IMG/VR virus record: IMGVR_UViG_3300043446_004437
Location: 152,025 to 216,024 of that record
Reading direction: 5' to 3' (one strand)
Length of the DNA: 64,000 nucleotides
The position numbers and the translations under genes were made by a program. Positions 27,090 to 36,000 of the stretch are shown here, one piece after another. The notes beneath the pieces were generated by a model. That model worked only from the letters and a program-made list of their open reading frames with translations. It made no database searches and had not been told where the DNA came from. Each line of letters starts with the position of its first letter. The stretch's first letter is position 1.

Positions 27090-30000
27090 TTATTCAGTCC
27101 TTATTAATTGTTCGGAACTATTTATCACAGACTCTGATTCTGTTAAAAGATCTTTAGTATAAACAGAGGTGCCATAATTTCTTGTTACTAATTCCCAGTT
27201 AAGGGTTGCTGGAGTCCCATCTTCATAGTACTCATCCCAAAGAATTAATGGCCATTTTGACGCATTGTTATACAAATTATACAGTCTTAGAACTTCAACA
27301 AGAGCGTAAAATGTCCTCACCCTTTCTTCCCCCCTTGGTTCACCTTCGGAAAGTCTAGATGTATATTCGTTATTGTCCCAATCAAATTTGCTATTTAGTT
27401 CATATGTTTTGTTAAATACATAAGAAAAATTAACATAAAAAGGTTCTTTTAGATCAAAAAATTCTTCTTTAAATTTAAATACTATTTGATTAACATCAAA
27501 TTTATAATTTTTCATAAGAGCAAAAACATTTTCTTTACTTTTTTCCACGGCATCTGATGGAACATTGTAGAAGACTGTCCCTAATGTTCTTTGATACCTT
27601 TCTTTTAGATAATTAATTCTGTTATCATTCCCATTTGGCTCAAAATCTTCTTCTGTCTCAAATTTGTTTGGAGACGTTTTAGATTGTTTTATTCTCACAA
27701 CAAAAGTTTTATTTTCTAAAACCGTTTTTACAAACTCGGCCGCCAACATACCGGGGCTGCCAAAGTCTTCAATAATCAAGTCGTTTGTTATTGGCTCGGA
27801 ACTATATCTTGTTTGTTTTTCATCGTCTAAATTAAAAATTAATTTATTATCTATTGGCGTTATTGTATTTTGTAAATTTGAATCGTAAAACGCGCTTACA
27901 GGACCATAAAGATCAATCGAAGATTGAGTTGGTGTTAATTCATATGTAAAATAGTTAACAATATTTGGATTGAAATTTGGATCAACCACTTGAACCGATA
28001 GAACATTATGAGTTCCGTCAAACGGATAGCCAAGATTTTTGATTATTACTTTATCACCAGCAACAAGTTGATTGTTTTGTATTTTAGCTGGAATTAAATT
28101 ATTCTCTATGGCTCTAGGTATTGGATATCCGTACGCATCTTTTATAATCTGTTCATTGTCATCATAGTTGTATCCGCCAGTAACCAAGGTTGCGTAATAT
28201 TTATTGTTAACTAGTTTAATATTTTTTCCTATTATCCAACCATTTTTTGATGTTTCAGTATAACCAATCTGGATTTTTTCCGAAACGTTTATGCCATCTA
28301 AACGTACTGTAAATTTTACATTTGGATTTAAAACATCTTCTACATGTATTGTATCTCCGTCAGTAACCCCAGAACCGTTTAGCCCACTGCCCTTACTTAA
28401 AGTGCACAGAACTTTAAAGAAAGGCTCAAAGCCTGTTTTTTCTGGACCGAGGCCAGACAAACCCAATACCTGCGCATGAACAAGAGCATTTTCATAACTT
28501 GCATATCTTACAAAAGCTGAGGTATCTTTTTCCGACCAACCAAGACTCTTCATCAAATCATTTGTTCTTATATATTGGTATCCTTCCGCCGAACGAGTTT
28601 TTGTTCTGACTCCCAATATACCAGGAAGAAGGCTTATAGAATGATATCTGCCAACAACCATCCCCTGATTATAAGACAGGCCAGCTTCCATTGGTTGACC
28701 ATTTCTAGTAAGGTATTGCACATAGCAGCCGTGTTGATCTAGAAGGTTATTCCTAACCCATTTCCAAGCTTTCCAAACCAATGGCCCAAGAAGCAAACCA
28801 GCTCCAGCCACTATAGGCGCTGCTCCAACTCCCACTGCTGTGCCTGCAATAGCGGCACTTCCCGCAGAAGCTATCCCGTATCCGGCCGTACCTATGCCAA
28901 CTGCTAAACCAGCTGTGCCGGAGATAACTCCAGCTATTGCCGATGCATCTACCTGACCGTTATTGCCATTTTTCTGAGCTTGTTGTCTTATTGCGTCTCC
29001 GAGATTTGAATTTGTAAATCCAGATGCAGTTACATTAGCAATCACATCTTTAACTAAAGCAGAAGACCCACCAGTAAACTGCATGCCGCCAATTAGCTGA
29101 GGACTAAGTGAGTTACCCAACGCATCGAGGGATATTTCCCCACCCATTGTTAAGCCAGCATTTCCTGCTCTTAGGGAATCTAAGTATATTCTAGTATCGT
29201 TTCTTACGGTTTGAACATTCAACCAAGAATGCAGCCAAGAAGTCATAAACCATCTAGCTGGATCATTAATTGTAACAAGTGCATTAGGAGTTATAGATGT
29301 AACGTATCCAAGCTCGGAATTAAAATGATGCACGACTTGTTCAACTTCAAACATGCCATACATTCTTTCGTATATATCAGCCAAATATACTAAGTCATGT
29401 GGTCTTATGTCTGGGTTACCAAGAATTATTATCTCTCCACTATATATATCTTTTACCGATTCCCTCAAATGACTTAACGCAACCCTCTTGGCGCTCAATT
29501 CATCTGGTGCCCCAGTAACGTTTTTTGAAATACCTCTTCCAGTTTCAAATGGGTGTAATAGTGGATGTAAGAAACCAAAAAATCCGCTACCAACAACGTT
29601 GTCAAAATAAATTCCAGTTTCTACTGTAGTTTCTACCTGCCTATCTGCTGGAGCGCCTTTGTCCAAGGAAACTGTTACTGGGTATTTACCGTCAGAAACT
29701 GCTGTTATTGTAGTTGAAACACCAGAATTTTCTTGTATTTGATTTGAAATTATATGAGAAAAAGAACTTAGGTAATGTATTCTTTGGAATGGCTCTCTTA
29801 TTTCCACAACTGGTTCTGCGTACTCTCTTGTAAATGGGTTATCCACTGCCCTTAGTAGAGAGCCTGGTCGACCAAGTTGGTAATAAATAGAATCGTTTAA
29901 AGCTTTGTTTAAAATATTTGCTTGTCTTGCAAGTATGGAACTTTGTGAAAGACCATAGCCAGTTTGCAACATATTGAGTCTAAATACATTAAATAGTGCA

Positions 30001-33000
30001 GATAAGCTATCTGTTACTGCATTGAAGATTTGTCCAATACTTTTATCGTAAAAATCTCCTAAACTATTTAAAGTCTTACTTGCTAAATTTGTTGTGCTAT
30101 TTCCTTCGCTCTTGTTTTTATAAAGTAGTTCTAAAAACTTTTTCTTATCTTTAGCGTAAGTATTTCCTGGGAAAATATATGCTTGGAAAATTTTATCTAT
30201 TGGCTTAAAAGACCAAACATCCCTATTAGGATCATTGTTTAAATAATCTATTTTTCTATCTGGTTTCAAAACTAGCCAAGCTCTTGCATACGCATCAGAC
30301 CAAAGAGCCTGCCTAAATAAACCAACAAGATAATAAAACAAATCTTGAGGACACTTTATTATATTTCCCAGGTCTGCTTCTTCAACATCTTGACCATATA
30401 TATTTCTCATCTGAGTAACATCAAATAAATTTGATTTTAGTAAACTTATCTTTTCTACTGTAAGAGCATTAAAGTATTCTATTAAACCACCATTTTCTAT
30501 AGGCGCATCAATAAAATTCTTTCTTGAAAATTCTATTGCTTCTTGTTGAGAAGAACTTTTTATATCGCCAAATAATAAACTAAATTCATCTATAGCAGTG
30601 CTGCCTGTTTCCCCAAATTTTTTATAAACACCAAATTTTTCTGGCAACGGTTTACCGCCAAATATGTTTTGTATTTCTTCTGGGAAAGGAGTTGTATCAT
30701 TCCAATTCATCAAGTATGTATCTGCAAATATTTTTTTGACACTATCATAAGTATGATAACCATATCTAAATTGGTCCCAAATTTGTTGAGCTTGAGCTAA
30801 TGTTCTACCATTGCCAGCTATAACAGTTGTGTTTATATCATAATCTTCATCATAAAATTTTCTTGATTCAACAGAAGTTGAATCTTGATTTGAAAAAACT
30901 GAGGCAAACTCTACTCTACCGCTAGAGCTATAATCTTTGTCATTTGACTCACTCTTTAATAAATTAATTCCATACGTTACATCTTCTAGATTTTTTCTAC
31001 TTTCATCTCCAATTGGCTTTTGAATTAACGAGTAATAACTCTTGTAATTTCCACCAAATCTATAATCAGTTTCGTTGCTGTTGTTAGCGCTTTCGGGTAC
31101 GTATTGCCTTATTGCCTCCATGCTTGGGTTCTTTAACAGCGCGTAGAGATCGTCTGTCTTATTTGTTGAAACCCAATTTCCAAAACCAATCACAACAGAA
31201 TCTTCTGTCTCAATTCCAGGTGACCCAGGATTAAATGGTTGCAGTTCCTGACCAGTGTTTGGTGATTTTTTTATCTTAAAATTTTTGATAGGGACAACAG
31301 CACTGAATGCTACGCCAAGCGGGATCGTGTTCGGCACGAACGCAAAATAGCATTCTTCTACATCTGGTATTGGTGCGTAACCTTTTTTGTCGTAAATATA
31401 CAAATCTTGTTTTTCTGTATCTTTTTTTACAGAAACATCATAACTTAATATATCTAAATAAAAGGCTGCGTCGGGTGAAACAACTGCATCAACATCAGTT
31501 GATAAAGTTTGTATGACATCTGTTCCGTTTTGGTTTTCCTTGCTCAAATTCGTAGTTTTATTTTCTCCCCAAAGAAAATATGCCGGCTTACACACAACTG
31601 CACTTCCGTTGCCACCGTTGCCAGATGGATTATAAACTAACACATGCATATTTTGATAGTCTTTAGCTTCACCATAAACAGGAGCTTCTTCACTATCAAA
31701 ATAATATTTTTTAAATTTTTTAACCAGTGCGTTATCTGACACATTAACATTATAAGGCCATCTCATGGCTATATAGAATTGTTCTTCTAGATCATTTTTT
31801 GGCGGTTCCCATTCCAAATAGGTAAAAGGATTGGCTCCACCAAATTCTGGATTTAATTCTAAAATTTTAGGATTATTTTGGGAAGATATATTTTTTTCTG
31901 GTGTTGGCATTGTTACCTGTATAGCCTGTTCGTTTGCCACCTTGTCATATGCTTCTGCGTTAAGTGAAAAATCGAGAGGATTATTTAATATTTCATAAGC
32001 TATTGAACCAGATATACTTTGAGAATCTTGATAATTTATATCTGATATAAATAATTCTTTAAATTCTGATCCATAAATTTTTTCTACTTTATTTAATATA
32101 AAGTTTTTATGTGTTGAACCTTTGTCTGTTCCTTGATACCCTAGTTCTGCTAAACCATATTGGAATGAATACGTATCCAAAAAGTTTTCATCGTTTTTTC
32201 TAGTTGTAAAAAACGGAAATCTAAATCTACTAGGAAGTTGTTGTATCTGAGCATGCTTTGTGTTTCTTGTGTCTGAGACAATTTGTTCTCTAGTTCCCAC
32301 TGGCAAGTGAAAGCCCATTGTAACATTGCCTTTTGATTTTGGTAATTTTACAATTATATTTCCATTTGAATCTGTTATTTCTTGGAAATCTTTGTCCATA
32401 AAATTAATTAATATTTTTTGTGACTTCAAATATCCAGCTGTATTAAATATACCTTCTGCATTTTTTTGTAATGCAGCTATTTGATTCAACGCCTCAAGCG
32501 GTTCAGTCCCTCTTAAAAACGCTTCTGCGTCTGCGTAAGGATTTATCGATTTATTAACATCTGTCATTATTTGCATTAAATCAAAATCGGGTTCATTTAT
32601 TTGAGGAGGTATTATCCCTAATTCAGCTGCTTTTTCATCACCAGGATAACCAGTGGTAATAGGGACAACGCCAGATGTATACAACCAGTGAGGTTTGCCG
32701 TAAAAAATTGTTGACCTATCCTCAAATGGTCTAACTGCAACTATATAATTTGGAAGAAGTCTTGCGCAAGTTTGAAACAAATCCCAAACAGATCTCATAT
32801 ACGTTTGAGCTCTAAAAGAAACTTCATCAAACCCAGGCATGTCGTCATCAGAGTTTGGGCTTATTATACCTAGCGTCCTAAATATATTATTACCGCCTCT
32901 GCCACTTAAAACACCCAATAACCCAATGCCTACTCCTACGGTTCCAACAATTGGACCACCCGCTATAAGCATTGCGCCGCCTAACCCGCCTAAAGTAAGA

Positions 33001-36000
33001 CTCCTAAATAACGAAGCGCTTCCTTGAGCGTCTCTTATAGCCCCACCCTTTGTAGCTTGGTCAACAACAGCTGAGGCGTTTGGATCTCCAGAATCGTATT
33101 TAGACATCAAGCTATTCCAAGATCTATCAGACAATCTTGATAGGTATTCAAGTCTAGGATTTGGTTGATCTTCTGGCGTTATAGACGCTACGCTTGTCCA
33201 GCCATCACCTAAGTCCCCGCCTAAAAATTGTGCTATACCAGTTCCATTTCCTGGATATATATTTCTTTTAAATATTTCCATATCTCTTTGTGCGGAAAAG
33301 TTTGACCAAAGCTGACCCATCAAAGAAGCAACGGGATATCTAAACTCTTGCACACCTACGCCAACCATATTCAAAGCTGATTGACCTATGGCAGAACCGC
33401 TCATTTCACTTGCAGCCCTATGTGCATCTGCAATAGAATCAACCATAGCATAATGCTTTGTTGCCTCGGCCTCACTTAATGGCTGGTATAACATAGAACC
33501 AAAATGTCTTATGCCAAATTTATTCTCTGAAAATACTAATCCTCTGTATGCATTAGCAACGCCTTCTCTGAATCTAGAAGTGCCCATAGATAGCAACCTA
33601 ACCATAAGATCTCTTGGCTCTGAAAGCCACAATCCAGTGTTTATGCCACCATCTATTTTGCCGCTATCGCCTTTTTTATTTGTTGAATTTACAACTGCGC
33701 CAAGTTCTATGGCATCTGATTGAGCGGTTACGGTAACAACTTCTCCGTATTCAACTTGAGTTATGGTACCGTTAAACAACGTTTGCAAACTATTTGGGTT
33801 TGAACCATACCCGCCTCTTAGGTGAACTCTTACGCCAGGTTTTAAAACTATATTTTCTATATTTACAACATAATCATTTTTCATATGAGCCAAAAGATTT
33901 CTGGCTTTATTCAGAGTATTATCAAGTATTGACCCTATACCAGCAGAAACCGACGCACCAAGTGGCGAATCTGCGCTAAATATATCTGAAGATGCGGTTT
34001 TAGTTAGTTTTGAATAAAGATTAGATACTCTAAAAATTAGAGTATCTCCTAAAAGATCTTCTGAGGAAACAACAGAAAAATCTACAATTGATTGTAAACC
34101 ATAAAAATTATCAAACAATTTTACGCCAGCAAAATACCCACCTTCATCTATCAACCATAGCATGTATGTTGGAAACGCTCGTATCATTCTTCCAGAAACG
34201 TCACGGTATTGTGTGTCTACAAGCATTTTTTCCCAGTGCATGTTTACACTTTTTGGCGGGTCTCCTTTTCCTGAAGACCACTCAGGAACATTTTGATCAC
34301 CATGAGAAATTGGACTACCATAATCTGATAATGGAGTCATACCAGCAACAGCGGAACGTGTCGTCCCCAAAGCTGGGTTAGCGTGTTCATCTATTGGTAT
34401 TGGTGCTAATTCATATACTTTAGAATTTTTTTGTACTTTTACTCCATCAATTGTTAAATAAAATCTTCCATTTTTTTCTGTATCAATATAACCAAAATTA
34501 GTTCCATAAGCAGTTACGAGCATTGCTGGAATTTTATTAGGGTCATTTGGGTCTTTAATTGGCAGCATGTATATATTGGCGTGCGCGTTTAATTCTTCTG
34601 GAATAAAACTTATGTCACTTTCGTCAGGAAGACTGTATTCTCCAGCCAAAGCCATTTCTACTTCTTTATAAGTTTCAATACTTGATGAAGATAAATTGCC
34701 TACTTGATAAGGAGCAGAGAATATTTTATTTACTATTTCAGGTTCTTGTTTTTCCACAAAGTCAATGTAATCGGTCAACACTTGCGAACTAGTTTCTTTT
34801 GCTATTTCTGTTGCACCGCTGGGATCATAAGGATACTTTATCCAACTTTCAAAAGCTTTTAAGAAAATTTTATAATCTATTCCATTTTCTTTTAACCAAT
34901 TAGTTAATGATCTAAGTTTTATCTTTTTTTCTTCTATATCTGAAGCAGAATATTCTCTAATAAACTGTGGTAAATATTTGTACGCTTTGGCGACTTGTTG
35001 TGATTCAGATACAACTTCATCTGTAGGCCCAAAAATAATGGGCTTAACCTGATTTGAAACATTATAAACAATATCTTTGTCAAACATTTCAAAAGATCTA
35101 AAATAAAAATCTGGATCTAAAGTTCCAACTGTTTCATTTTTTGAATCTTTTACCTCAAGCGGCAGGTCTGGATATGCATTAAACGCGCCCCACATTTGTT
35201 TAATTCTTAAAAATGGATTTCTTTTTGAAGAAAAATTATCTATAAAATCTTTTTGTTGAACAGAACTTAATTTTTCTCTTGTTTGTTGGAAGACATCAAA
35301 GTCCATAAGTGTTATGTTTACTTGGTAAACATGCGGATAATCTGGGACTGTCGAAACAGAATAATTTGACGGCATAACATACTTGATGCCACACAGCGCC
35401 GTTATAATATTTTTTATCCCCATAAATCCTAATACTCCGCTAGCGTGTTCTAATCTTGCAAGAGCATTTACGTGATCAAAAATCTTTTTAATTTTAGCTA
35501 ATTCTTTTTCGCCAACTACAGTCATTGATATATTGATATAAGAATCTTTCCCACCTATATGTTGATAGGTTGGCTCATCTTGCATTTGCAGTTGCAGCTT
35601 AGCTAAGTTATTGCCAAGAGAAACGCTAACACCAGTTACCGTTACAGAAGCTGGATCTAAGTCCACTTTCATCATCGGCACTTCCCATTCCCTAAATTGG
35701 AAAGAGCCAGATTTTGCTCTAATTGCTTCCATTAAAGCTTGTATCGGACCACTAGAATAGAACCTTTCATACACAAGCACATTGAAAGCATCGCTCACTT
35801 GATTTTTTATTTCTTTTTTAAGATTTTGATACGCTTCAGAACCGAGTTCCCCATCTGCAGGTATCGTTATCTTTTGTTCTTTTGCTTTTTTATTTACTAA
35901 TGTATTTGTTGTTTGATCAAGATAAGCTTTTGAACTTAAAGCTATTTTTTTCATATACTCTTTTACTGCGGTCAGCGTTACGCTTGTGAGAGTTTCGCCG

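Noticed and set aside
27760-28275. Intein as the insertion in the SNase-like domain
   Set aside because: No C/S start or HN-C/S/T end and no homing-endonuclease motifs; it contains a beta module shared with sheath 2.
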